A stretch of DNA of 64,000 nt from Vicugna vicugna (lineage: Eukaryota): NCBI GenBank assembly GCA_013265495.1, contig MU058844.1:10252184-10316183 (forward strand), written 5' to 3'. Shown piece by piece: positions 14,745 through 28,145 of this stretch; within the stretch, counting starts at the first letter, position 1; every line of letters begins with the position of its first letter. The translations under genes and the position numbers were made by a program. The notes under the pieces are model-generated. The model worked only from the letters and a program-made list of their open reading frames with translations, was not told the origin of the DNA and did no database searches.

Positions 14745-14975
14745 CTCAGGAATCAGACAATTCTATTTTAATCATAAGTCTGCCAATTAATTGCTATTAA
14801 CTTTAGACAAATTACCAACTTCTCTGAACCTTTATTTCCTCATCTGTAAATGGAAATATTAATACTTGTCCATCCTTCATAAGATTATTGTGAAGATTAG
14901 ATAATGTTTATAATACACTTGGCACAATATGTGGCATATATTTAGAATTCAGTAAAGTTAGGTAAGTCAGTTGTT
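14745..14975 (+). mobile_element. MIR SINE; ends approximate
   Basis: aacttctctgaacc, tttcctcatctgtaaatgg, attgtgaagatta, tggcatat. Confidence 0.7.
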
Positions 14976-17901
14976 ATTATTCATAATACTATTTTTGATT
15001 ACTACTTATAGTGAAAAATAGCTAAACTCTTTGATTCTCCTGGATTCTCTAATGAAGGAAACTATCTTGTCATTTGGTCTTAGGGCAGACCTAACCAGAT
15101 GAGAGGAGCAGGGGAGAGTGAAGTAGTCATTTGCATATATAGTTTGATATGTGGGTATTTGAGCCCCAAGAAGAGTTGGCAAATCCATGCATTTCAGTAT
15201 TATTTACATATTTCTTGTTAAGAATGATACATGGTTAGTGTAAAACAGACCATGTGTTTTGACTGGAAGTCTCACAAGGTGAAACTAAATCAAGGATCCT
15301 ATGAAAGTAATACAAATTTTATTTGAGAGATACTTAATATCTTACTATAATAATAATGAGATGTATTTGCCCCAAACAAATATTCTCATGTACATTTTTA
15401 GTCATTTTTTTTAACAGCTCTATGGGAGTGTTCAGTGTTATTTCTGATTCACAGCCAGAACTAGACCCTCTTTCTCTGGTCTCAAATTCTGATGGTCTTT
15501 CTATTATATCACAGCTGTGCCCTATAGTAGTAGTAGGCATTGTGAGATACAGAAATGGCCGCAACAGCTCCTAATCTTCAAGCTTACAGATACATGTGAA
15601 GTCAGTTAACTAATACTAGATAGAATAAATGGACCAAGAGATGTACAAGGAACATCTGAGGAAGAAGTGATTCTGTTTAGCCAGTCAGAGAAAGATTCCA
15701 GAGGAGGTGACATTAACTATTATGTTAAACAGTGAGCAAGCTTTTTGCCCCTGGGAGCTGTCTGAGAAAAGTCATGTTATTCATGAATGAGAAATAATAC
15801 ATGGTGAAGCTCTTTTAACTGGACTCTACTCTGTTAACTAACATTTGCCATTTCTTTGTTAAAACTTGTATTGACTGGTTCCCATAAAGTTGTTAAAACT
15901 GAACATTGCAGCAAATAGTCTACTTCTAAGCTAACTCACTTCTGTTTCCACCAGTTGAACTACACACCTACAAAAGTTAGTTGTGTGTGTTTTAGCCTGT
16001 TAATGCGTGTTCCACTTGTCGATAATTATATTATTTAATGATAGCCCAAAACTGATGGAAATGTGTACAAAAAAGAAAAATGTTTCTATAACTTAGTTAA
16101 ATATTTTAGAAAAACTCAATAAAGACAAGGCCCTAAAAATATAACTGCTGTTTAATTAGATGTGGGTGCAACAACTGAAAGACTGAAAGAAAAAAATCTA
16201 GAAGAATTATATACTCAGATTGCTTTTCTGTTGACTTCGAGTGTTTGCTGCACTTTAAGACACGTTAGAATCCTAGACAATGCATTATGAGTATCATTTA
16301 TGCAAGAAAGGTAACATGGATTTAAGTCTTGGAAGAGATTCTCCAGTGTCTTTTATGTTGAAATAAATGTCTTATTTATTAGCATTTATTTACTTTCATA
16401 TATGTATTATGTTTTATAATTCCCTATTTTAATCAGCTCTTCTGGTTAACCAAGTAAGTACTGGTGCTGATTGCATTGGATAAAAGGGCTTCTTTGGAGC
16501 CATATTTTTTTGAGGAGAGTCTCATTAGTGGTATATGGAGAGAGTAGCTGATAAAACTGGGAGAGGGAACTGGGACTACAGCCTAGAGGAATTGTATGCT
16601 TTGGTAACTTTGACATTTAGTGGTGATGCATTTTTAGGGACATGGTGATCCTTACTCTGTACTTTTAAGAAGACAAGTCTTGACAGATTAGGGAGTTTGG
16701 AGAAGAGAGCTAGGGCAGTGGCAGTGAGATTGAAAGTAGGCAGGTCTGAAAGAAATTTGAAAAATGAAATTGATAAGACGTGATTCACTGAATCTAGGTA
16801 GTATGGTAGGGGGAAATACCAGAATTGGTGATAATGCTGATAATAGCTAACATTTATTGAGTGCTTACTGTGTGCTAGTCACCAGTCTAAGTTCTTTAAC
16901 TATACATAATTTCAGTCATCCTACCAGTTACATGAAAATATGTTGCTGTTACCTACCACCCCCCATGCCCGTTTGCACAACTCCAAACCCTTAAAACTCT
17001 GAAAAATGACAAAATAAAATGTAGGTTTGGTGTAGGCTCATATAACGACAAACCATGACTTGAATTGATATGAGCTATTGATAGTCTTCCTGTAAATTTA
17101 TTTTTTCCAAAGATATTAATGTGTTTGGTTATGGAGTACTGCCTCAGACCGCATAGTCTACAACATTATCTTCTAAAATAAGAAAATTTTTGAAATTTGA
17201 GTTTGGATGAATGATGGTTGTTCTGTATTACAATTTTTATTTTATAGATAAGGAAACTGAGTTAGAGAGAGAAATCACACACAGTAAGTGGCAGAGCTAG
17301 GATTTGAACCAAGACAGTCTTGACTCTTCAAATCTGCACTTAGGACACCACACCATTCTGCCTCCATTTCTAGCCTTTGTAATTGGGGAAATGATGCCAT
17401 TAAACTTACTAAGGGATCTAAAGAGCCAGACTGAGGGAAGCAGAGGAGAGAGTAGTGGAATGTGGATGTAAATAGGCCTAATTTGAGATGGATGCCCATT
17501 GAAAAGGTGCAGTAGGAAGCCAGGGGTATTTTGTGTATGTTTATAATGTATATACTAAATTTCATCAAATCTGAAATGCCATTGTTGTTACACAGTGTCA
17601 TATTTTATGTACCAATTTAAAAAGTTAGAAAAAATCAAATTATGATACAGTGTGTGGTTTTTTGTTTTTAATCACCTTGAGGTTCCACCCCACACACACA
17701 CAATGTCACTCTCTATGCAGCTGTAGTGTCTTGAATGCAACATGACTTAAGAATGTTCTATTATTGCCTTTGGGATTTTCTTCTAAGCTGCTATTATAGA
17801 ATTCTGCAAGTTTTGATGTTGCTTTCTTTATCATTCATTAACTTCTGAAAACACATATATGTGTATTAAAATCAAATGCATCTGCTACAGTCTTACTACA
17901 A

Positions 17902-18830
17902 NNNNNNNNNNNNNNNNNNNNNNNNNNNNNNNNNNNNNNNNNNNNNNNNNNNNNNNNNNNNNNNNNNNNNNNNNNNNNNNNNNNNNNNNNNNNNNNNNNN
18001 NNNNNNNNNNNNNNNNNNNNNNNNNNNNNNNNNNNNNNNNNNNNNNNNNNNNNNNNNNNNNNNNNNNNNNNNNNNNNNNNNNNNNNNNNNNNNNNNNNNN
18101 NNNNNNNNNNNNNNNNNNNNNNNNNNNNNNNNNNNNNNNNNNNNNNNNNNNNNNNNNNNNNNNNNNNNNNNNNNNNNNNNNNNNNNNNNNNNNNNNNNNN
18201 NNNNNNNNNNNNNNNNNNNNNNNNNNNNNNNNNNNNNNNNNNNNNNNNNNNNNNNNNNNNNNNNNNNNNNNNNNNNNNNNNNNNNNNNNNNNNNNNNNNN
18301 NNNNNNNNNNNNNNNNNNNNNNNNNNNNNNNNNNNNNNNNNNNNNNNNNNNNNNNNNNNNNNNNNNNNNNNNNNNNNNNNNNNNNNNNNNNNNNNNNNNN
18401 NNNNNNNNNNNNNNNNNNNNNNNNNNNNNNNNNNNNNNNNNNNNNNNNNNNNNNNNNNNNNNNNNNNNNNNNNNNNNNNNNNNNNNNNNNNNNNNNNNNN
18501 NNNNNNNNNNNNNNNNNNNNNNNNNNNNNNNNNNNNNNNNNNNNNNNNNNNNNNNNNNNNNNNNNNNNNNNNNNNNNNNNNNNNNNNNNNNNNNNNNNNN
18601 NNNNNNNNNNNNNNNNNNNNNNNNNNNNNNNNNNNNNNNNNNNNNNNNNNNNNNNNNNNNNNNNNNNNNNNNNNNNNNNNNNNNNNNNNNNNNNNNNNNN
18701 NNNNNNNNNNNNNNNNNNNNNNNNNNNNNNNNNNNNNNNNNNNNNNNNNNNNNNNNNNNNNNNNNNNNNNNNNNNNNNNNNNNNNNNNNNNNNNNNNNNN
18801 NNNNNNNNNNNNNNNNNNNNNNNNNNNNNN
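17902..18830. other. Assembly gap (929 N) in intron 2
   Basis: run of N; the four long poly-X ORFs are artefacts of it. Confidence 0.99.
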
Positions 18831-19149
18831 CTGTTCCAGCATTTTCAAACAATTTTTTTTATTGTACCATAGAACTTCAAAAATGAAATAGCAAAGTGCA
18901 TTCCCACTGAAAATGCATTAGATTATTTTTACTTATTTTATGATTTGTGTTCAGAGGCTTCCAAAAGAAAATAGCATTTATTTTTGAAGTTAATAGTATA
19001 ATACTCTACTTACTCATCTTTGAAAAGTTCAGGTAGCTTAGTTTTTATAATTTGTCTCATTGGATGGCTTTAAATAATTCATTTGGATTTTCAGGAAACA
19101 ACCATTTCAGTAGTATTCTGACTTAGTGATTTTTTACTTTTATTGTATT

Positions 19150-19470
19150 TAATATTAAACAGAATATTAAGTTTACCATCTTAACCACTTAAAAGTGTAC
19201 AGTTTAATAGGGTTAAGAATATTCATATTGTTTTGCAGCAGATGTCTAGAATTTTTCATCTTGCACTAGAACAATACCTAGTAAACGTTAGTTTCCCTTT
19301 CCCGTTTTCCCCAGCCCTCGGTAACCACATTTCTATTTTCTATTTTTATGATTTCGACCACTTTGGATGCTTTACATGAGAGGAATCATACAGCATTGGG
19401 CCTTTTGTGACTGGCTTATTTTGCTTACCGTAATGGCTTTGAGGTTAATCAATGTGACACAACTTTTTTT
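19150..19470 (-). mobile_element. L1MA/MB-like 3' end fragment; ends approximate
   Basis: tttaccatcttaacca, aagtgtacagtt, ccccagccctcggtaacca, ggaatcatacag, ttttgtgactggcttattt. Confidence 0.65.
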
Positions 19471-21799
19471 AAGGCTTCACTAACTTTTCAGTTTTTAAAA
19501 ATTCATGTATTGGTTAAAATGACTTCTTGATACTAGTTTTCTACAGTAGATAAGAAAATGTTATACATGAAATTTGAACACTAAATATATTAACCCTTGA
19601 TGATGAAATTTACCCTTGTCCTCTTTGATCACTATGTTCTCATTAGTTTCTAACTTTAAGTTTTGATTTAAAAAGTCAGAATTTTAAAGTGAACTATTTC
19701 CCTTTCTCAAACAATCTCTTCTATGGTTTGGTTTTTGACAAAACTTAGAATCCAAGATAATTTAACTAGAGACTGTCAAAATTTGTCTTCCAAATTCAGT
19801 GAACATTGAATCATTCTAACCCAGATGGAATCCTGCCCGCTCATCTAATATACCACATCCAGGTTGCAGCCAGTAGCTAGGTTAACAACTTTATACCTTT
19901 CATTACATTTTTAAATTAGCAAATAGGCAAATAATTTTGTAAAAATCCATTTGGATCATGTCTTGATTTTGAGGTTTATTAATTATTCATAATGATTTAT
20001 TGACTCAGAGCTGTTAGATTTACTTCAGTAAACCTAGAAGTTTACTATTTTCATTTCTATAATTTATAATGAATTCCATCATTCACTAGGTGGTATCTCC
20101 TTTGTATTGCTTGAAGAAATCATTAACCATTGTTAAGCAATTAAAAAATCCCCCCCCCCAAAAAAGTTGCCCATCTGAGAAACAGCCTAATATGCTGACT
20201 TTCAGTTTGGGACTCCAGTATGAAATCTTTGTTCTTCTTTCCAAGAAATCTTAAAATAAATACAGTATATTTTTCCTAATTAGCAGTCCCATGAGCTGCT
20301 TATAATAATACCCCAGCTTTTTTTTTTTTTGAGTTCTGAAGGAAATCTAGCCATCTGTTTTCAGTATCTCAGGTGAATTTCAGGTATTCCAGATAGCCTG
20401 TATTTTTTTTCACATTATCTTAAACATTATTTTCTAAATGTAATTATCTTGTATTATCTAGTAACAGATAGAATTTTAATTTTATTTTTAGACATTAACA
20501 CATTTAAACCTCCTACAGCGTTCTAAGTTATCTAGAAGTTTGGTTTCGATTATTTTAAGTTAATGAATAGCACATAGCTGCCAAAAAGCATAGGTGGGAA
20601 TCAAAGTCAAAGTCTGCAGGATTCAAATGTTTATGCTTGTTTTCACCCAAGCAGTCTTTGAATGGCTTTTAGAGATTATTCATGGTAAGTAAGGGTTAAT
20701 GCCGTGGGATTATATTTATTTATTTATTAGTATATCCCCTTAAAGTTTTTATGTTTATAAATAATAATTCTGGAGTGTTGAAGAGGTTTGTGAATTGTAT
20801 ACGTACATATTTATACCTAAACTTTTGGCCCAGGGATTGCTCCAGTCCCTGCTTCCTGCCAGCAGTTTTCAGAACCTTACTCTTCTTGTTAGTTTCTCTT
20901 AACATCCTTCCTGTTTATATAAGTTTTGGATTGTCTGTATTTGACTTTGACCTGTATTTCCTTGGGACTCTGCTTCCCTCTGCTGTAAGCATTGCAGCTA
21001 CTTTGAGGTCTTCCTTTTATTCTGTCTTTATGTCCATCCCATAAGTCCCTTGGTTTCTAATACCTAAGCAAAATAGAAGTGGTTTTATGTGAATATTTCT
21101 AATTGTTTGATACGGATTTTGCCTAGCAGAATAACTACATACTCCTCTGGAGCAAAGAACAGTTTCTTAATCCACTACCTTTTTTTTTTTGGCTCCAAAT
21201 TTATTTATTTGTAGTATGTAAATGTTCTTGATTAATTTTATATTATTTAAAAAAAACTGAAACAAAAAATGTTGCTTCAAGTATGTCGTCTGTTTGTAGA
21301 AATCCCTTGGAGATCATAAAAATGAAACATTACTTTGTATGAGGAGAAATGTTTGCAACATAAAGTGTAAAAATACCAGGCTACAAAAGGGTTTGGTAAC
21401 CATTTTTGTAGTCTATTAAACATGTACAAAATGCACTTGCTGCAGAAAACTAGGATGATAAAAAATTTCTCCGCCCCACCAAAAACAAAACCCAACTAAT
21501 ACAAATCTCTTCTAATGGGACATCTTACAGATCAGCATTGTTAACTTTATAGTGTATATTCTTTCCTTCTTCTCTTTTTTTTTCTTTGTATGTGTCTTGT
21601 AAAAGTTACACCTCCATGTAGATATAGATAGCTAGTTAGTAAAGTCCTTCTTAAAGCAGAAGATTGACACATCTGACTTCTTACAACCTTTAAACTTCAG
21701 TAAAATACAAAATACTGTAAGAATAGTTTTTTTTTAATGCAGTGACAATATGGAAAAAATATTTGACACACATCTATTAGTCAGATGTTGGGAATAACT

Positions 21800-22920
21800 T
21801 AGTTTTCTGAATATCATTAATTAGTACCACCATCCATCTGTCACAGCACACAAGAGAAGAACTTCAATTTATCATAGATACCTACCTGGCTTTCACTTCT
21901 CGTATCCAGCTGATCTCTAGTATCTCCTAGATATCTCTAGAATTCATCCATTTCCTCCAACAAAATCGAGCTTTCCAACATAATTTTTCTCTACTGAGCA
22001 CTACCTCATGAACTGGTGTGCCTATTTTAATTCTTTCTCCTTTCTGATTTATTTTCCATGCTATGCAAAGTGATCTTTTTGAACACATACCTGATTATTA
22101 TAAGCATCTTATAAAATAAACACTCACTGACTTTGGGGTTTGGGTGTGTGTATGACAGAAATTATGTAGAGATTGATCAGTTTTTTCAGTTACTTTCAGG
22201 AAGATTAACTAGGCCCCTGTCTAGCCATACACACATCCCTGTCACAGCGTTTTGATGCCTTTTGTTGTCTCTTTCCTGGAACACTGTCCTTTGATTATCT
22301 TGTTAATTAGTACCTATATATTCTCAGAGAATCTTGCCTGACCTTACTAAATCAAATTATCCTGTTAATTCACTTTTAGACGTAAATCTCTGTCATAGAC
22401 ATCAAAGTTTTACACTTATTTTAGATAATTAATCTAGCTCTCTTTCTAGACTATAAGCTCTTTGAGGGGAAGATCTATGTTTATTTTTGCCTGCAGTTGT
22501 ATTCCTGGCATGTAACATAGTGCTAGATACATAGTAGACACTTGTGTCAGTCAACTGTGGCTGCTAAGAAAATGCCATAGACTGGGTGGCTTAAACAACA
22601 GGCTTTTGTTTCTCACAGTCTGGAGACTAGAGTCCAAGATCAAGGTGCTAGCCAATTCTGTCTCTGATGAGAGCCCTTTTTCTGACCTGCAGATAGCTGC
22701 CATCTTGATGTGTCCTCTGTGCAGACAGTGAGCTCTAGTCTCTTCCTCTTTAAAAACATTAACCCCATCATGGGATCTCATCTAAACTTAATTATCTCCC
22801 AAAGTCCTACCTCCTAATACAATCACATTGGTGGTTGGGGTTTCAACATGAATTTTGGGGGAACACAGAATTATTTAGTCTGTAACAACACTCCATAAGT
22901 ATTTGTTGAATTAATGAGCA
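21800..22920 (+). mobile_element. L2 LINE 3' region interrupted by an MLT1 LTR; ends approximate
   Basis: ctagactataagctc, catagtagacact [LTR] ccataagtatttgttgaattaatga form the L2 terminus. Confidence 0.6.
22543..22887 (-). mobile_element. MaLR solo LTR (MLT1A-like) with 5-bp target-site duplication
   Basis: TG...CA ends; gactgggtggcttaaacaaca, tccaagatcaaggtg, tttcaacatgaattttggggg; ACACT at 22538-22542 and 22888-22892. Confidence 0.85.
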
Positions 22921-24400
22921 CATGAGAAATAAAAACAAAAGGTGTAAAAAAAAATTCACAAAAGGAGAAAATACAAATGCCAGTAAACATACCCAGATAT
23001 TTTCAACCTCATATGTAATCAGAAAATAACAAATTGGAACAATGATAATGTGCATTTCCATCATGTTGAAAAAAATTTTAAAGATTTATCATGTCAAGTG
23101 TCCATTTAAGAATACATCCATTAGTAAAGTTTCCTGGTTAGACTGAAGAACACATCCATTAGGATGAGATTAAATAAAAGTATGATCCAGCCGTATTGTG
23201 GAATATTTTTCAGCTATTAGAAGGAAGTGCTGCAGATCCCATTAATTTTTGTTTTATGAAAAGAACTTCAAAAGTGACTGTTTGTTTATATACACCCTGA
23301 GAAAGATATTTGCCATGCTGCTGATAGTGTTCATCTCTGGGGAGGGAACATGATCGTAGGAGGAGAGGTATAAGGGTGGGAAAGTCTTGTCTTTTTCCTT
23401 CTTTTTTTTTTTAAAACTGTAGGTTTTTCCCCCTACTATTTTTATAATGAGAATATTTTAATGTAGCCTGTAAAAGAAATTACAAAAAAGAGTTAAGTTG
23501 ATTAGGGACATAAAAAAAAATAAAGAGGCCCATTCTTTACATATAAAAAAGTAAAATCAGTGATGCCAAAACAACATGATTTAATCTGAAACTACAAACA
23601 GTTCCATATTGTGGAAGTCTAAAGTATGATACAGGAAGAAAGAGGAATGAGGCTGAAAAAGAAGACAAAACCAGATTATTAAGGGCCATACATGTTTTTT
23701 CCTGGCATGGTACAACCATTCAAAGATTTAAGTTGGAAATTGACTTTAGTCACATTAAAGAAATGATTCTGGGAGATGTGCAGTTGACACAGTGAAAGAG
23801 ATTCATAACCATTTTGTGTCTGAATCCCTTTGGAAGGTTTGGTGAAACCTGTGGCTACTTTTTTAGTACTATGTTTTGGATACGTGAAATAAAATACTGA
23901 GTACGAAGTATATATGTGCTTCTTTAGTAATGCATTGAATAAAAAGACCTAGTATTTGGTCTGTAATTACTTTAATTTCAAACCAGTGATGAGCATAAAC
24001 AGTATTTTAAGATATTTGCATCAGCTGAATGACCTTCTAAATTTCGTCCATGGACCCCAGGTTAGGAACTGTTGTTTATGGTATGAGACTGGGAGCGTGG
24101 AGATCAGTTAGGAAACCAGTCAATGTGGAGATAATGAAAAATCTTAATGGAGACAGTCTGAAATGATCCTATGAAAGACTTTCTAATTACTATTTTAAAA
24201 TCATTTTTTGTATTAATGTGTGTACATTGTAGAAAATTAGGAAATACAAATTTTAAAAAAGAAAATTATAGTAGTTTCTTAAAACTTAAATAATACCTAT
24301 GCTATTTTTGGTTTTATTGCTGTCATCCTCATTAGCTATGCATTTAGTCTTATTTCAGTGATACTGTTATTACTTAACTGTCTTCCCTTTGATCTTACAG

Positions 24401-24519
24401 GTTTTTGATTGGTCAGGGAGCCCATGTAGGAGCTGTCAACAGTGAAGGAGACACGCCTTTAGATATTGCTGAGGAGGAGGCAATGGAAGAGCTACTTCAG
24501 AATGAAGTTAATCGGCAAG
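24401..24519 (+). CDS. PPP1R12A: MYPT1 coding exon 3 (119 nt)
   Basis: ttacag acceptor, G|gtaaat donor; FLIGQGAHVGAVNSEGDTPLDIAEEEAMEELLQNEVNRQ; phase matches exon 2. Confidence 0.97.
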
Positions 24520-24629
24520 GTAAATGTACATCAACCTAAATGGAAAACATGTTTAAAACTGTTTAGATATGATACTTGACTTTCAGTAAATATTTTTTAA
24601 ATTGAAAGAAGTGTCATAAGTGGTAGGAT

Positions 24630-25400
24630 CAGGTATAAAATTATTTGGTATTAAAAGCTTTGGAGAGAAATGAAACAGGCAAAGAGGACAGGAAGTAATA
24701 CAAGGATGAATGAGACACACTGCAAATTTAAATAGAGCGATCAAGAAAGACCTCACAGATAAGTTGGTATTTAAGTTAAGATCTGAGTTAGGTGATGGAA
24801 TGAGTCACGTCAATCTGTGGAAAGAACATAAAGAGGGAGCAGAGTGACTAGTGTGACTGAAGCAGGCAGAACAAGGAAGAGGCTGGAAGGAGTTGAGGTC
24901 ACAGAAATAGCAGTGCACCATATCACACAAGTCCTCTTGGGCCATTGGAAGGATTTTAGCTTTTAATCTGAGTGAATTAGGAGCCCATGGAAGGACTGCA
25001 GTAAAGGAGTGACATGATCTGACTTACTTTAGAAAGGATCTCTGTCGCTTTTGTGCTGGGAATAGATGGTAGGAAGGGAAGGGCAGAGAAGTAGGGTGGT
25101 AGTAGACAAAGTATTGAGAAAAGGTTGGATTTTAGATACATTTTGAAAGTTTGGCCAGGGAGATTATTTCTTGATTAAATGTAGGGTATATAAGAAAGAG
25201 GAAGGCAGGGAAGATTCTAAGATTTTTGGTCTGAGCAGCTAGATGGGTGAAGTTTCTAAGGGAGATGTGGCTATTATGGGAAAAGTACATTTTGTAAGGA
25301 AAGTTCAAGGGTTCATTTTTTAGACGTTATAAGCTTGTTTTGCCTGGTAGATATCCAAGCAATTGAATATGTGAGTAGAGAGAGGTACAAGCTGGAGTGT
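24630..25400 (-). mobile_element. L2 LINE fragment; ends approximate
   Basis: purine-rich antisense L2 motifs, e.g. ggagtgacatgatctgactta, ttttggtctgagcagctagatgg. Confidence 0.6.
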
Positions 25401-25599
25401 TATTCTATTGATATATAATTCATGCATTATTTACAGTATACAATTCAGTGGTTTTTAGTAAATTTGGAGAGTTGTGCAACCATTACATTACAGTCAGTTT
25501 TAGAACACTCATCACTCCTAAAAGAAATTCTGCCCATAAGCAATCACTCCTCTTCTATAAATTGACATCTCCCAAATTTATGTCTTGATAAATATATAG

Positions 25600-26140
25600 A
25601 TAAAGCTGTATAATCCAGCAATTCCTCTTCTGGGCATATACCCAAAGAATTAAAAGAAAGGTTTCAAAGAGATTTTTGTACACCCATGTTTATAACAGCA
25701 TTATTCACAATAATCAAAAGATAGAAGAAAACCAAATGTCCATCAGTGTATGAGTGAATAAACAAAAAGTGATACATACTTACAGTGTTCAGCATTAAGA
25801 AGAAAATTCTGACACATGCTACAGCCTGGATGAACCTTAAGGACATCATGCTGTGTGAGAATAAGCCAGTCACAAAAGACATAGTACCTCTTACATGAGG
25901 TACCTCAAGTGGTCAGAACCATAGAGAAAGTGGAGTGGTGGTGGTTAGGAGCTGGGAGGAGGTGGGAATGGGGATTTGTTGTTTAATTAGTATAACATTT
26001 CAGTCGTGCAAGATGAAAATAGTTCTGGAGATTGTACAACAATGTAAGTTTACTTAACACTACTGAACTGTATACTTCAAAATGGTTATTAAGATTATAA
26101 ATTTTATGTTACATGTATTTTCTATAATTTTAAAAATTTA
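25600..26140 (+). mobile_element. L1MA/MB-like 3' end; ends approximate
   Basis: atccagcaattcctcttctgggcatataccca, cagcattattcacaata, ataagccagtcacaaaa, cactactgaactgtatact. Confidence 0.8.
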
Positions 26141-26869
26141 AAAATACATACAAATGAATTACTGTGTGTGATTTCTACTGTGTTATGTCTAGGCAATGAT
26201 TAAATCAGTATTATCAGAAGAGAACTTTGTTTTACTAAGGTTAAAAGATAAAGGGAAGGTATGGAATACTGGTTTAAATGGTTGATTTTTGCTGAAGTGT
26301 GGCTCAGGAAATAAAAAGCAAAGAAGTAGGAGCTAAGTCAGACCCTTGAAAAGAGATTTTTATTCCTTGAGATTAGGAAAATTCATGACTACCCAGTTTT
26401 AAAAAAAAACAATCTTAGGCACTAAAATTGAGAAAATATTTAATGCCTAAATAGAATTGAGGCATTGTAACAAGAGGCTGAAGATACCTGGAGCCTGGGA
26501 GAAACAGGGCACATATCAGAAAAGTAGTCATAAACTGGAGGTTGGATAAACACAGAGGAGCTTTTAAAAGCTATGTTCCACGCAGGTGGTTTTGGAGTAA
26601 TGGCATCTTCAAGATTAGAAGAGTGGATATAAAGTATCACAACCTAGAAAAGACTACACTGTCGGCCCATCTTTCTCTGACGAGTGCCCAGACAGATAGC
26701 TAACAATTTCTTGTTGAATAGTGGTTAAAAATAGATCTTTTTATATTGTTTAATATTAGTTAGCTATTATTATGAGTTAGGAGAGGCATGGAGATGTACT
26801 GAAAACTTCTTGCCTTTGGTTTCCTTATTTATAAAGGAAACTGTTAGCAAGGCTGACATTAGTTTTAGT

Positions 26870-27850
26870 GATTCATTTAGTATTGATTAATGTGCCAGCA
26901 TGTGTTCTGAGTGCTGGGTATTAAAAATTTTTTTAAAGAGTAAGACAGTCTTTGTTCTTAAAGATTTCACAGTGTAGTAGAAGTGGCAAATATATAAAGA
27001 GAGCTTCACAATGCAGGATGCTATGTGCTAAAATATAGATAAGAACAGAATGATGTGGGAGAACAGAAAAGGCTATGACTAACTGCTTGCAATAGTCAGG
27101 AAGGGTTTGAGAGTGATGACATTTGAGAGGGAGTTTGCTTGGCAGAGAGGGGAGGTGGTGGACAGAAAAAGCATGTCAGGCAGGGGTATCAACACATGCA
27201 AGGAAAAGGAATTGGAGACACAGACAATCGAGAATTCATCAGAAAGTCAGGATGGAATTGGTTCAAGGTTGAGACCTGAAAAGATTAGGCTGGAACCAGA
27301 TGGTGGACTTCTATTTTGTAGGCATAGCCAGATACAACAAAAATCCCCAAGCAGGAAATTTACCTGATTGGATTTGGTTTTTAGTAATAAAGCTGATGGT
27401 TATCTGGAAAATGAATTAGAATGGGAGATAACAACACGTTATCTTCCTTGAAGAAGGCTTTTCAGTTACTCCAGGTGAAAGATGATAAGGGCCAAAATGA
27501 TTACGTTTGAGGTGGAAAGAGCCAGGGTTGTTTTGAGAAAATATTAAGGTAAAATTAAAACAGTTTGATGAAGAATTGAACATGGAGATGAAGGAAGAAT
27601 TGAGGCTGGCTAACTTGCCTCCTAAAGTTTCGAGTTTAAGAGATGATGATTGGGAAAATGGGGGTCAAAGCAGGAAAGCAGATTTAGAGAGTGCATGAAT
27701 TTGTTTGGAGATATATTGAGTTTGTGGTGGTAAAGCACACCTAGATGATAGTGTTTAGTGCGCTGTTGGAACTTGAGATGTCAGGATGAAAAATGTAGAT
27801 GTATTATTCTCAGGGAGAATAATAGATGAGAGAGAATTCTGGGAAATAGT
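26870..27850 (-). mobile_element. Degraded L2 LINE; ends approximate
   Basis: attcatttag..tgtgccag head followed by purine-rich L2 body with attgagtttg. Confidence 0.5.
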
Positions 27851-27894
27851 ATATAAGATGGCCCTGAAACTGAAAAGTGGAGTGCTAATACTAA

Positions 27895-28145
27895 AAATAG
27901 TAGCTGACTCTTCTTAAATGCTGATTTCATGCCAGACATTGAGCAAAAGGCTTTACATGCATTATCTCATTTCATCCTCACAGCAATTCTAAGAGGTTAA
28001 TGCTACTATTACCCCATTTTACAGATGAGAAATTGAGGCTCAGTCATTTGCCCAGGGTCATGCAGGTAGAACATGGTGCTGTAGTTCATTCCCAAACAGC
28101 TTAACAGATACCTTGAGCCCACACTCTTCATTACTGTACCATATT
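27895..28145 (-). mobile_element. MIR SINE; ends approximate
   Basis: gctttacatgcattatctcatttcatcctcacagcaa, ccccattttacagatgagaaattgaggctcag. Confidence 0.8.

Noticed and set aside
17275..17601. 108-aa minus-strand ORF
   Set aside because: The C-terminus (DCLGSNPSSATY) is translated MIR sequence; no splice or homology support
17838..18886. Four ORFs of 318-337 aa
   Set aside because: They consist of X residues translated across the N gap
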